A DNA stretch of 64,000 bases from Bacteroidales bacterium (GTDB lineage: Bacteria > Bacteroidota > Bacteroidia > Bacteroidales > VadinHA17): the NCBI GenBank assembly GCA_049792755.1, contig JBARBF010000024.1:5675-69674 (forward strand), read 5' to 3'. Under the pieces are notes generated by a model. It searched no databases. It was not told the origin of the DNA and saw nothing but the letters and a program-made list of their open reading frames with translations. Numbering within the stretch: position 1 is the stretch's first letter; each line of letters begins with the position of its first letter. Of the stretch, positions 45,433 to 55,271 are shown in pieces. The position numbers were made by a program, and so were the translations under genes.

Positions 45433-45981
45433 ATGAAAAAGCTATTCGCAATATTTATTTCCCTGGTGGTCATGGCCTCCTGCACGACCACTAAAGAGGC
45501 AAAATCTTCCAGGGCTGAACTTCGAAAAGAAAAAAAGGCTATAGATCAGGCTTTGGTTAAAAATGCTGTTGAAACAAAAAGGTACATAATTAAATTCGAC
45601 CGTATATTTGTTACTTATGGAGGAATGATACAACTTATACCAAGAGCCAATTACATTATCATCGATGGAGAAAAAGCTATTTTAAATACAGTTTATCTTG
45701 GCAGGCAATACGACATAAAACCTATTGCGGCAATTGATGTACGGGGAAGAGCTTCAGATTATGCTGTGACAGATAACTTGTCAAAAGGATCTTATGAAAT
45801 AAAAATGAAAGTGAAGAATTCCAGGTCGTACACATTTGATGTATATATAAAAATCGGTAAAAATGGCAATTGCACTACCACGGTATCAAGTCTCAAAACT
45901 GATGTTATAACATACGACGGTTACCTTGTACCGATAAATGATAATACAAATGGATCTACACAGCAAGGGAGTCCGATCTGA
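45433..45981 (+). CDS. Lipoprotein, DUF4251-like
   Basis: Start at MKKLFAIFISLVVMASC (lipobox). The internal duplicated beta-rich pattern resembles DUF4251. The family call comes from memory only. Confidence 0.45.
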   Translation: MKKLFAIFISLVVMASCTTTKEAKSSRAELRKEKKAIDQALVKNAVETKRYIIKFDRIFVTYGGMIQLIPRANYIIIDGEKAILNTVYLGRQYDIKPIAAIDVRGRASDYAVTDNLSKGSYEIKMKVKNSRSYTFDVYIKIGKNGNCTTTVSSLKTDVITYDGYLVPINDNTNGSTQQGSPI

Positions 45982-46029
45982 AAATATTTTTACACCCCAT
46001 CCACCCAATTGGGGGGTAAAGGGAGTTAA

Positions 46030-46431
46030 TCATTGATATTCAATGTATTGACTATTCTGACTTAATTCAAGGAAATCATCACCAGTTTCACGATATCCGT
46101 ATTCAAAGCAATAGTGGAACTTATTCCCTTGTGATGTTTCAATAATATGGGTAAAAAAGTTGAAGTTATATCCAAGTGCAAAAAGAGCATCTTTATGAAC
46201 TTTTATTTTACCCTCCAAATAGAGGTCTGATAGTATCCTTCTGTTCTTTCTTAATAACCCATGAACGTTTCTGACGAAGTTATTCGAGTCGCGGTTTAGC
46301 TTGTTATTATAGTTATTCCGGCACTGATCAGAACAGAATTTTTTATCGGTACGGCCTCTTAAAATATCGCCGCAATCGAGACATTTCTTTTCCACAGCAC
46401 TATTGTTTTGATAAAGATATAAAAAATACAT
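46030..46431 (-). CDS. Conserved hypothetical protein with N-terminal zinc-ribbon
   Basis: CLDCGDIL...KKFCSDQCRNNYN (CxxC...CxxxC). Start placed at MYFLYLYQ; the longer track ORF runs into the ssb promoter. The start is uncertain. Confidence 0.45.
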   Translation of the reverse strand: MYFLYLYQNNSAVEKKCLDCGDILRGRTDKKFCSDQCRNNYNNKLNRDSNNFVRNVHGLLRKNRRILSDLYLEGKIKVHKDALFALGYNFNFFTHIIETSQGNKFHYCFEYGYRETGDDFLELSQNSQYIEYQ

Positions 46432-46599
46432 ATGAAGTGTATGAATTTGATACTGAAATAAAAAAACGTTTTTAAACGGATACAAACGACAATAAATGAC
46501 TTTAAACCGGGTATAAATGCTTACTAACCGAATCACAATCAGCGTATGACTTAAGTTTGCTAAGAAATTAATTAATAATAACATTTAAAACTTTAAGTC

Positions 46600-46959
46600 A
46601 TGAACTCATTAAAAAACAGAGTAACGCTGATCGGGAATCTTGGTCAGGATCCGGAAACAAAAACTACGGAAACAGGAAAGAAAGTGACCCATTTCACACT
46701 TGCTACTAATGACGGTTATAAAAATGCTGATGGTCAGAAGGTGAACGAAACAACATGGCACAATATCGTTGCTTGGAACGGACTTGCCGACATTGCCGGC
46801 AAATTTCTGAAAAAAGGCAAGGAAGTAGCAGTTGAGGGACGAATTGTTTACAGGAGTTATGAAGACAAGAAAGGTATCACAAAGAACATTACCGAGATTG
46901 TACTCAACGATCTTCTGCTGCTCAGATCAGGAAAGGAACAGGTTAAGGATGAAGAATGA
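46600..46959 (+). CDS. ssb: Single-stranded DNA-binding protein (short, without canonical acidic tip)
   Basis: OB-fold signature NRVTLIGNLGQDPE......G..V..F.LATN......G......T.WHNIVAW. It ends ..GKEQVKDEE rather than D-D-D-I-P-F. Confidence 0.85.
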   Translation: MNSLKNRVTLIGNLGQDPETKTTETGKKVTHFTLATNDGYKNADGQKVNETTWHNIVAWNGLADIAGKFLKKGKEVAVEGRIVYRSYEDKKGITKNITEIVLNDLLLLRSGKEQVKDEE

Positions 46960-47008
46960 AAAGGTTGACTATATCGTTGTGAGAGAAAATGGTTGCTGCA
47001 TTTCTCAT

Positions 47009-47031
47009 AGGGACATGCCTGGCATGTCCCT
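47009..47031. terminator. GC-rich hairpin between convergent ssb and SIS genes
   Basis: agggacatg-cctgg-catgtccct is a 9-bp perfect stem. It overlaps the stop codon of the minus-strand gene. Confidence 0.5.
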
Positions 47032-48592
47032 ACTGTTTAATTAAATACCTTCTTTCAATTTCTGCAACTGTTACCAAGACAATTGACTGGTCAGGTGGTA
47101 TTATTTCGAGCATTTCAAAAAGAATATGGCAGATTTCATTATAAGATAGAACCAGATTTTTATTTTTCAAAAGCATATCGATATATCTTATAGCCCTGTC
47201 TATTAATTTATTATTACTGGCTCTTAAATATGTCATAACGTTACCCTCGTATCTTCCCAATTGTCCCATTATAAGTGTCGAATGAGTGTTCAGTATCATT
47301 TTTAATACAAGGTGTTTAAACAATGGAGTCGAAAAAGGAGTAACAAAAAGCTGACTTTCATCGTCAAGAATAAATTTAATACCAGAAGGATAATTCAGAA
47401 TTTTAAATCTGTGCTGAAGGGTGTTTATCTGAGAAGCTCTCCTTGGAAGAAGGTTCCTGCTGAAATCAAAACCAACCAAACGGTACCTTGAGGCTATGCC
47501 ATTAATTTCAGGCCATTCAATGGTTCTGGGTTTTCGCCATAGCAATTTTTCCCACGCATCTTCACTCGAAATACTGTCAGGCAGCAAAAGATAACAGAGT
47601 GAGAGATTCATTTCTTTTTCATTTACATTTTCAAACGGGTATAAACTAAAAGTGGGTGACCTTTCGGTGGTATCAGTTATTACGGTTATACCTAACACAT
47701 TATCTGTTTCATATAATAGATATTCGTGATTTTTATAACATTCCGTTTCTATCACTATAAACTTACTTATAAAGTCAATTTCTGCGGTAAACCAAAACTT
47801 ATCAAAGGCATTAGTCTCATTTTCAATGGTTTCATTGTCGGAGTTATAATAGAAGAGTGCAATGCCGGCAACTGCCAGAAGAATTGTTGAAGATTGCATC
47901 CTCGTGCTTCCTGTGACTGCCATTGGTCCAACAGTAAGATTAATCTTTTCAATATTTGAATTCTCTATAACCCTTTTTGATCTTTCAGCCACCTGGCATA
48001 ACAAATCATCAGGGTTACAATAAAGAAAGAAAGGCTTTCTTTTTGATATTTCGGCTGCCTTTTCAACAGCTCCAATAACAAACGGGGTTTCACCACCTTC
48101 GGTAGTTCCAATTAAAAGATCACCATCGGTAAATCCTGCTTCAAGAAGTTGTCGGGCCCCATATTCGGGAAAGTCCTCGAAGTTTTCTATGGAGCGGATC
48201 AGGGCAACATCCCCTCCTGCCATAAAACTAAATACTCTGTTTTCAATTTTTTCACTCCTGTGCACCTGACGCCAGAGAGTTTCAATGGTAAGCGACAACC
48301 TTCCGGTAGCTCCGCATCCGCAGAAATAGACATTATTTCCAGATTTTAAGGTATCACTGATGATAGCTTTCAGATAGCAAATCTCCGGTAATTTCTCTGA
48401 TAATACTTTTATAGTAGAATTGTCGAGTTCTTTCAGTTTTGCAATCGCCCCGGGCAGATTATTTAAAGCAAGATGTGACAGATCTCTGGTAAAGGGATGT
48501 GATGACTCTGTAATAAGTTTACCAAGCTTATACTGTGTTGCGACTTTCAGAAACTTCTCTGCCTTTAGATCCGAATCATTCACCGTTTTCAT
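47030..48592 (-). CDS. MurQ/GCKR-like SIS-domain protein with long C-terminal extension
   Basis: Start at MKTVNDSDL. TESSHPFTRDL, FCGCGATGRLS, FMAGGDVALIRS, GTTEGGETPFVIGA and GPMAVTGSTRMQSSTILL run collinear with MurQ etherase motifs. About 250 extra C-terminal residues follow, as in GCKR-type proteins. Confidence 0.65.
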   Translation of the reverse strand: MKTVNDSDLKAEKFLKVATQYKLGKLITESSHPFTRDLSHLALNNLPGAIAKLKELDNSTIKVLSEKLPEICYLKAIISDTLKSGNNVYFCGCGATGRLSLTIETLWRQVHRSEKIENRVFSFMAGGDVALIRSIENFEDFPEYGARQLLEAGFTDGDLLIGTTEGGETPFVIGAVEKAAEISKRKPFFLYCNPDDLLCQVAERSKRVIENSNIEKINLTVGPMAVTGSTRMQSSTILLAVAGIALFYYNSDNETIENETNAFDKFWFTAEIDFISKFIVIETECYKNHEYLLYETDNVLGITVITDTTERSPTFSLYPFENVNEKEMNLSLCYLLLPDSISSEDAWEKLLWRKPRTIEWPEINGIASRYRLVGFDFSRNLLPRRASQINTLQHRFKILNYPSGIKFILDDESQLFVTPFSTPLFKHLVLKMILNTHSTLIMGQLGRYEGNVMTYLRASNNKLIDRAIRYIDMLLKNKNLVLSYNEICHILFEMLEIIPPDQSIVLVTVAEIERRYLIKQ

Positions 48593-48676
48593 ATTAATAT
48601 TACATATACATTTTTTGCCACTGAGACGCAAAGCTTAACCAGCGTATAATTGTTCAGTTGAGCCATTGTGCCGCTG

Positions 48677-50998
48677 TTAAAAGTCAAGCAGGTCAACATT
48701 CGTCCTGTAATCTCCAAGCAAATGTTCAGCAAAATAGTACCACATCAGCCTGTCGAAATATGGAATATCATTTCCATAAGCATGTCGCTGACCCGGCAGC
48801 ATCATAAAATCAAATCGCTTATTTGCCTTAATAAGCGCATCAACAACTCTGAGAGTATTTCCGGGATGAACATTATCATCTATGTCTCCGGTTACAAGCA
48901 ATAAATAGCCTTTAAGGTTTTTCGCTATATCCTGATTTTTTTCAACAGTTCCTTTAAACGTAATTTCAACTTCCTGCTTTTTATTAAGACTGTCTTTTAC
49001 ATCTTCCTTTTTGCTGATTTTTTTTTCAACCTCTTTCACCCCATTATGAGTTTCACCCCACCACTGATTATAAATGTTATTATCGTGGTTACCCGAAGAT
49101 GAAACAGCGACTTTATAAAAATCGGGATATGAAAGTATTGCAGCAGTTGACATAAATCCTCCTCCCGAATGGCCATATATTCCAACCCTGTTGATATCAA
49201 TAAATTTATACATATCTGCGAGTTGCTCAATTCCATATTTATCATCGGCAAGCGGATAATCTCTCAAATCGTTGTAACCAAATGTATGGTAGTAATTATT
49301 TCTCATAGGACTCCCTCCCCTGTGACCAAAGTTTACAACTATAAAACCAAGCTGAGCCAGGGCAACATTTTTGCCACCGGTAACAGTAAATGAGTATTGG
49401 ACAGATTCTGTCTGAGGACCGGGATAAACATATGAGATCACTGGATATTTCCTGGTTGAATCAAAATTAAATGGCTTATAAATAACACCATACAGGTCGG
49501 TGACCCCATCTTTTGCTTTAACTACAATAGTTTCCGGCATCTTCCATCCGGTTTTGAACAGCTGGGAAAGATCGGCCTTTTCAAGTTTCATTAATATATT
49601 TCCGTTGTTATCCCTGAGAACGGCCTCAGGAATTTTATTAACAGTGGAGTAAGTATCGACGAAGTACTTATTTGATTTTGACATAGTGAAAGAATGGTTA
49701 GCTCCTTCTTTGGTAATTAGTGTTGTTGTTCCTTTGTCGATAGGAGCTTTATATTTCATACTGTAATATGGATGTACCCCCTCCTCTTTTCCGAAAGCCT
49801 CAAAATATACTTTTCTGCCAAGAGTATCTATCCTCTCAATCCTGCCAGTAACAAAATATCCGTCAGTGATCTGATTTTTAAGATTTCCTTTGCCATCATA
49901 GAGATATAGCTGTCCCCAGCCCGTCCTTTCCGACCACCATATAATATCCTCACCTTCGTTAAGTACAGATAACCTTGAATACTCATTATTGAAATATGGC
50001 CATGTTTCCTCGCTAAACAGAACTGAAAGAGCTCCGGTTTCAGTATCAACAAGGCAAACATCAAGGTGTTTCAGCGGCCTGTCTTTCCGAATAAGAATTA
50101 ATTTGTCAGCCGTCTTTTGGGATGACCATTCAACGTTGATGGTCTGGTCTTTCCACTTCTTAAGATCAACATCTACATGTTTTTTTGTGGCAACGTCAAA
50201 AATTGCCAGTTCTGTCTGGGGTACAAATTGTTCTCCGGGCATTGAATATCTGTAAGTCTGGAGTTTAGGTCGTGGTTGTGCAAGCACATCAACGACAAAC
50301 AGATCTTTTACTTTCCTCTCATCCTCTCTTTCGACATAAAGCTTCTTCGAATTTTTGAACCACTCGGCTTTCGCCTTAATCTTTTTATTTTTAGTTGTAT
50401 CTTCTGAATTTGCCGCATAGCTATGATATCTTTCTCCATCTGTGGTAAGCTGGATCTCAATGCTGTCTTTATCTTTTGTCTTCATCACATACAGGTTATG
50501 GTTCTTAGCATAAGATATCCAGACACTGTCAGATGAATACGTTATCCACGATGGATGCTTCTTTTCCTTCCAGAGAGAATCTTTTATAGTCAGTTTCTGA
50601 GTCGTTATATCAAAATTGAACTTCGTGGAATCAACGACGAAGGTAAATTTGGTAGTACTTTTTTTCTCAAATTTTATATCCTTAATCGGCAGATCCAGAT
50701 CGTTATACGGATGGAAGGTCAGTTTCCGCAATTCTGCAGCCATATACTTACTGTCGAACATTGTCTGCTTCGATCTGGTAGCAGCATTTACAAAATAGAA
50801 TTTTTTTCCGGCAGATGTTTTGAAAGAATACCAGAAAATATCAGACTCCTCAATCCAGTTTGCATTTACAGCCAGATCACCATATTTTGGAGTAAGATTA
50901 TCGGCCCGGAATTTTTCAGCCGCTTTAAAGTCAGCTTTTTGCGCTATCGAGATCATAGAGAATGCACAAAAGAGATAAATAAACCATAAACGTTTCAT
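48677..50998 (-). CDS. S9-family serine peptidase, DPP IV-like (beta-propeller plus alpha/beta hydrolase)
   Basis: Start at MKRLWFIYLFCAFSMISIAQ (signal peptide). Nucleophile elbow GIYGHSGGGFMS, and ...TGDIDDNVHP... and ...PGQRHAYG (Asp/His region). Confidence 0.85.
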   Translation of the reverse strand: MKRLWFIYLFCAFSMISIAQKADFKAAEKFRADNLTPKYGDLAVNANWIEESDIFWYSFKTSAGKKFYFVNAATRSKQTMFDSKYMAAELRKLTFHPYNDLDLPIKDIKFEKKSTTKFTFVVDSTKFNFDITTQKLTIKDSLWKEKKHPSWITYSSDSVWISYAKNHNLYVMKTKDKDSIEIQLTTDGERYHSYAANSEDTTKNKKIKAKAEWFKNSKKLYVEREDERKVKDLFVVDVLAQPRPKLQTYRYSMPGEQFVPQTELAIFDVATKKHVDVDLKKWKDQTINVEWSSQKTADKLILIRKDRPLKHLDVCLVDTETGALSVLFSEETWPYFNNEYSRLSVLNEGEDIIWWSERTGWGQLYLYDGKGNLKNQITDGYFVTGRIERIDTLGRKVYFEAFGKEEGVHPYYSMKYKAPIDKGTTTLITKEGANHSFTMSKSNKYFVDTYSTVNKIPEAVLRDNNGNILMKLEKADLSQLFKTGWKMPETIVVKAKDGVTDLYGVIYKPFNFDSTRKYPVISYVYPGPQTESVQYSFTVTGGKNVALAQLGFIVVNFGHRGGSPMRNNYYHTFGYNDLRDYPLADDKYGIEQLADMYKFIDINRVGIYGHSGGGFMSTAAILSYPDFYKVAVSSSGNHDNNIYNQWWGETHNGVKEVEKKISKKEDVKDSLNKKQEVEITFKGTVEKNQDIAKNLKGYLLLVTGDIDDNVHPGNTLRVVDALIKANKRFDFMMLPGQRHAYGNDIPYFDRLMWYYFAEHLLGDYRTNVDLLDF

Positions 50999-51083
50999 AT
51001 ACTTAGTATTTCGATTAATCTCATTGGGGAGTGTAATATTATTTAATATTTTCACTATTCGGATCACTATAGATATATAAATT

Positions 51084-51683
51084 TCATATCTGCGAATCCT
51101 TAATTTTGAGACCGGATGAAGAATCCCTTCCGGCTCTGAGAGCTTTCAGATTAGCTTCAACTATATGATCACCCTTTCTGTTAAACAGTTTTGTTACAGC
51201 TTTTTCCAGACTTTCAAATGACATATCGATATAGAGGGAAGCTACACCCAGAATTACTATGTTCCCTGATCTGGGTGATCCGGCCTGTTTCGCAATTCCA
51301 TCCGCATCAATTATAATATGATTCCTGATTTTTTTTATCTCTGAAATTATTTCATCTAATGGTGGATAATCAGGTATATTAATAAAAGGATTTGAATTGG
51401 TCACCAGCCAGCCTTTGTCAGATAGCCATGGAAGGTATCTGAGCGATTCCATTGGTTCGACGGATATTATCAGGTCTGCCATTCCAAATGGAATAAGATC
51501 GGAGTAAACCGGTTTATCGGATAGCCTGAGATGTGACTGGACATCTCCACCGCGCTGGCTCATACCATGAACTTCAGATTGTTTAAGAAAAAGATCATTT
51601 GCAACAGCAGCCAGGCCGATAGTTGAAGCAATTGACAATATCCCCTGTCCTCCTACTCCGGATAATATAATATCGTTTTTCAT
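51084..51683 (-). CDS. iorB: Indolepyruvate:ferredoxin oxidoreductase subunit beta
   Basis: ILSGVGGQGILS N-terminus, 199 aa, directly downstream of iorA. Confidence 0.85.
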   Translation of the reverse strand: MKNDIILSGVGGQGILSIASTIGLAAVANDLFLKQSEVHGMSQRGGDVQSHLRLSDKPVYSDLIPFGMADLIISVEPMESLRYLPWLSDKGWLVTNSNPFINIPDYPPLDEIISEIKKIRNHIIIDADGIAKQAGSPRSGNIVILGVASLYIDMSFESLEKAVTKLFNRKGDHIVEANLKALRAGRDSSSGLKIKDSQI

Positions 51684-51699
51684 TATTCAGGTTTTAGAG

Positions 51700-53304
51700 T
51701 TATTCAATTACATTTTCTGATCTCTTTCTTTTAGCAGCTGTCTGAATGCATTCCCTTGATGCAATCACCACAGAAACTCCTTTATATTCAAACTCTTCTT
51801 TCAGGATGCGAACATTTTCTGTATTATTCTTCCTTAATGGTATAATTACTCTTATGTGTTCACGGTTAACTCCGAGCCCGGCACAAATCTGTTCCAATCT
51901 GCCGGTAGCCTGCGATTTCTGTCCCCCTGTCATACCAGTAGTGGAATTATCAGATATGATGATTGTCACAAATGAATTTTTAATAACAGCATCAAGTAAC
52001 CCGGTCATTCCGGAATGAGTAAAAGTCGAATCACCTATTACAGCTATAGATGGAAACAAGCCTGCATCAGAAGCTCCTATAGCCATTGTTACGGATGCAC
52101 CCATATCGACACATGAATTAATTGCTTTATATGGAGGAAGTGCGCCAAGTGTGTAACAACCTATATCGGAAAAAACATGTCCTGCGCCATATGGTTTGAC
52201 GGCTTCGTTCAAAGAATTGAACATATCAGCGTGTCCGCAACCATTGCAAAAGGAAGGGGGTCGTGACCTGACCAGTGATGGAATCTCCCGGCCAAAACTT
52301 GTAGGCAAACCCATAGCTTTGCCTACAATAGCAGGGTTTAATTCTCCATCGCGCGGAACAGTTCCATCAAGTCTTCCATATATTTTTATCCCATTATCAA
52401 GAATTCCTCTTATGGCTTCTTCAATAACAGGCGCTCCTTCCTCAAGGATAAGAATCTCTTTACATCTTCCGGTTATTTCCTTAATCAATTCTCTCGGAAA
52501 TGGATATGCAGCGATTTTAAGTACTGAAAAATCACTGGCAGAATCTCTTATGTTTTCCAGGAAATAGTTGTACGCAATTCCACATGTAATTATTCCCAGG
52601 TCCCGTTTACTCCCTTCACTAAAACTGTTATATTTCGAAAGCAGAGCTTCGTATCTCAATGATTCATATGATGATAACAGTATTTTATATTTTTTTCTTG
52701 CAATTGCAGGAAGAAGAACAAATTGCTGAGGGTCAACGGGCAGGGAGAGGTTTTTCTGAGGCAGAGTTTCTTTTAAATCTATACTGGCTCTGGAATGAGC
52801 TAATCGTGTTGTTATTCTGAAAAGGACCGGCAGCTTAAATTTTTCAGATATTTCAAAGGCGTCGAAAACCATATCATAGGCCTCCTGCTGATTCGAAGGT
52901 TCAAAACATGGTACAAGGGCAAATTTTCCGTAAAACCTCGAATCCTGCTCATTCTGGGAAGAATGCATTGACGGATCATCAGCAGAAACAATTATCAAGC
53001 CACCATTAACCCCTGTCATAGCTGAATTGATAAATCCATCAGCAGCCACATTCAGACCAACATGTTTCATTGCAACCATTGCCCTTTTTCCGGCATAGGA
53101 CATTCCCAGAGCAGCCTCAATTGCAGTTTTTTCATTTGAGGACCATTCTCTGTGAACATTTCCCTGAGAACCCTGTTTAAATGATTGGACAAACTCCATG
53201 ATCTCAGTTGAAGGAGTTCCGGGGTATGCATACATCCCGCTTAAGCCTGCATCCAATGCCGCCTGTGCTATCGCCTCATCCCCCAGTAATAAAACTTTTT
53301 TCAT
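51700..53304 (-). CDS. iorA: Indolepyruvate:ferredoxin oxidoreductase subunit alpha
   Basis: LLGDEAIAQAALDAG...YPGTPSTEI, C..C.H and TPP motif GDSTFTHSGMTGL. 534 aa. Confidence 0.9.
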   Translation of the reverse strand: MKKVLLLGDEAIAQAALDAGLSGMYAYPGTPSTEIMEFVQSFKQGSQGNVHREWSSNEKTAIEAALGMSYAGKRAMVAMKHVGLNVAADGFINSAMTGVNGGLIIVSADDPSMHSSQNEQDSRFYGKFALVPCFEPSNQQEAYDMVFDAFEISEKFKLPVLFRITTRLAHSRASIDLKETLPQKNLSLPVDPQQFVLLPAIARKKYKILLSSYESLRYEALLSKYNSFSEGSKRDLGIITCGIAYNYFLENIRDSASDFSVLKIAAYPFPRELIKEITGRCKEILILEEGAPVIEEAIRGILDNGIKIYGRLDGTVPRDGELNPAIVGKAMGLPTSFGREIPSLVRSRPPSFCNGCGHADMFNSLNEAVKPYGAGHVFSDIGCYTLGALPPYKAINSCVDMGASVTMAIGASDAGLFPSIAVIGDSTFTHSGMTGLLDAVIKNSFVTIIISDNSTTGMTGGQKSQATGRLEQICAGLGVNREHIRVIIPLRKNNTENVRILKEEFEYKGVSVVIASRECIQTAAKRKRSENVIE

Positions 53305-53592
53305 AAGCTTTTATAATAAACCGCTATAATAAAGTTAAAATTATCGAGTTATTTGAATTATAAGCCATTATAAAAATGGATAGAATAAATAAAAATTTAT
53401 TGGCACAAATATTGGAATATTTTCCAAACTTTAATATGATGAATAAGCTTTATCTGTTATAAGTCACAATTGATTATTTGTTGATATCTGTTAAAACCTC
53501 ACGTTAAAATATAGTTAAATGTTTCACTGTTACACTCAATAATGTTTATTTTGCATCGCTATTCGGTTTAACTTATAACACCACTGAGCTAA

Positions 53593-54288
53593 TTGAATAA
53601 ATTTATATATACAACCGTACTTTTCATCCTGTCCATTTCTGTTAATTATAGCCAGACAGTTGAAAATGAAAAATATGTCCAGGTAAGCGGAATTATTACA
53701 GATAAGTCGGACAGACCCGTGCCTGGTGTTGCTGTTGTATCCAGAAAGCTTAAAAAGGGGACTCTGAGCGAAAGAACCGGAATTTATTCTATTACAAGTA
53801 TTCCCGGGGATACCATTTTCTTCAGAGCTTTAGGATTTAAAAGATATCATACAATAATACCCGGAACATTTGAAGAAAAGCATTGTGAAGTTGATATAGC
53901 TCTGGAAATAGATACTATTCAAATTAAAGAAGTGAATATCATGCCATGGAAGAACTACAGTGATTTTATTAAAGATATTACCAAGGCACGACCTGTAGAT
54001 CCAATTATTGATAACATGAATGATAATATTGCCTCAATTTATGTGGCAATAGCTAATCAGGGAGATTACAAAGTCTCTCCTGAAGCAGGTTACCGGTATG
54101 CAATGGAGCAGAATTTTGGCGCAATGGCCACCAGGGGTCAATATCCGATCAATAACCTTCTTAATCCATTCGCCTGGGCAAAATTCATCAATGGGATAAA
54201 AAACGGACTATTTAAAAGTCAGAAGTTCAATAAACCTGTCAAACCTAAAGTCAGAAAGAAAATTAAAAAAGCTGATAAGAATAATTAG
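53593..54288 (+). CDS. CarboxypepD_reg-like domain protein (TTG start in the track)
   Basis: Signal peptide followed by VSGIITDKSDRPVPGVAVVSRKLKKGTLSERTGIYSI (carboxypeptidase regulatory-like fold). Basic C-terminal tail. Confidence 0.55.
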   Translation: MNKFIYTTVLFILSISVNYSQTVENEKYVQVSGIITDKSDRPVPGVAVVSRKLKKGTLSERTGIYSITSIPGDTIFFRALGFKRYHTIIPGTFEEKHCEVDIALEIDTIQIKEVNIMPWKNYSDFIKDITKARPVDPIIDNMNDNIASIYVAIANQGDYKVSPEAGYRYAMEQNFGAMATRGQYPINNLLNPFAWAKFINGIKNGLFKSQKFNKPVKPKVRKKIKKADKNN

Positions 54289-54884
54289 TCACAGGCTCCC
54301 TCTGACTTAGAGGTGAGATGAGAAATTGAATTTTTAAAAACAAAATCACTAACAGGTTTCCTTGATCTACGCACTTCGTCCCTCTTTAATAATTCCGGAG
54401 TAAGAGAAGAGCCATCGCCAAGATACCCTACGGCCATCATCGCCACAGGTTCAATGCCATCACCTAATTGGAAGTATTCTTTAACCTTTTCAATTGAATA
54501 GCCTCCCATCTGGTGAACATATATATCCAGAGTCAATGCCTGTAACAACAGGTTATTTACAGCCATACCAGTATCGTGAAAAGCAAATCTGTTATGTTTA
54601 CCATTATGTGAGAATTTAGTTCGGGCCATACTGATTACTAATGCAAAGGCATTTTTTGCCCAAATTTTGTTTCCATCAGAAAGAAATCCTACAAAATCAT
54701 CAAAAACCTTCTTTTCCTCCTGAGTGGAATACACAAATTGCCATGGCTGCTCATTATTACAGGAGGGAGCATATCCGGCAGCTTCAAACATTGCTTTCAG
54801 TTTAAATTCTTCAACAGGAGCCGAAGAAAAAGCATAAGGACTCCATCTTTCCTGTATAATCTCAAGAATTAATTCCTTTTTCAT
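54285..54884 (-). CDS. Nitroreductase-family protein
   Basis: ERWSPYAFS......L..MFEAAGYAPSCNNEQPWQFV is the nitroreductase N-terminal signature. 199 aa. Confidence 0.85.
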   Translation of the reverse strand: MKKELILEIIQERWSPYAFSSAPVEEFKLKAMFEAAGYAPSCNNEQPWQFVYSTQEEKKVFDDFVGFLSDGNKIWAKNAFALVISMARTKFSHNGKHNRFAFHDTGMAVNNLLLQALTLDIYVHQMGGYSIEKVKEYFQLGDGIEPVAMMAVGYLGDGSSLTPELLKRDEVRRSRKPVSDFVFKNSISHLTSKSEGACD

Positions 54885-54959
54885 AATAGCGTATCTTAAT
54901 TAGAAATATTAACAAATTGTACGGGTAGGGAATCATGCTTAACTATAATCAAATAGCTT

Positions 54960-55047
54960 GAAAATCAATTTATTTACCCCAGCCCCAAGGGGAGTAAATT
55001 GATTTTTTTCGCTCCCCATGGGGTCGGGGTAAACGAAGAAAATCAAT
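54960..55047. repeat. Compound palindromic mini-element flanked by 10-bp direct repeats
   Basis: gaaaatcaat occurs at 54960-69 and 55038-47. The interior has imperfect terminal inverted repeats tttaccccagcccc / ggggtcggggtaaa, a 12-bp stem aaaatcaattta (54961-72) / taaattgatttt (54995-55006), and the palindrome ccccatgggg (55014-23). Confidence 0.6.
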
Positions 55048-55271
55048 GAGATTATGTTTATGATTCCTGAGAGTTATTATAAATTTAATAAGGCTTTCAT
55101 TTCAGGTTTGATATGTTAACCCATATGAAAACTAATAAATAACTCTCTGGAATAGTAATTGCAAATTTATTGATTTTCAAGCGATCTATATTGTAAATAG
55201 TCATTAACATGTCAAATAATTAAATGTTATATATACTCCTACAAAAGTAATAATTTATAATTTCGCATTGT

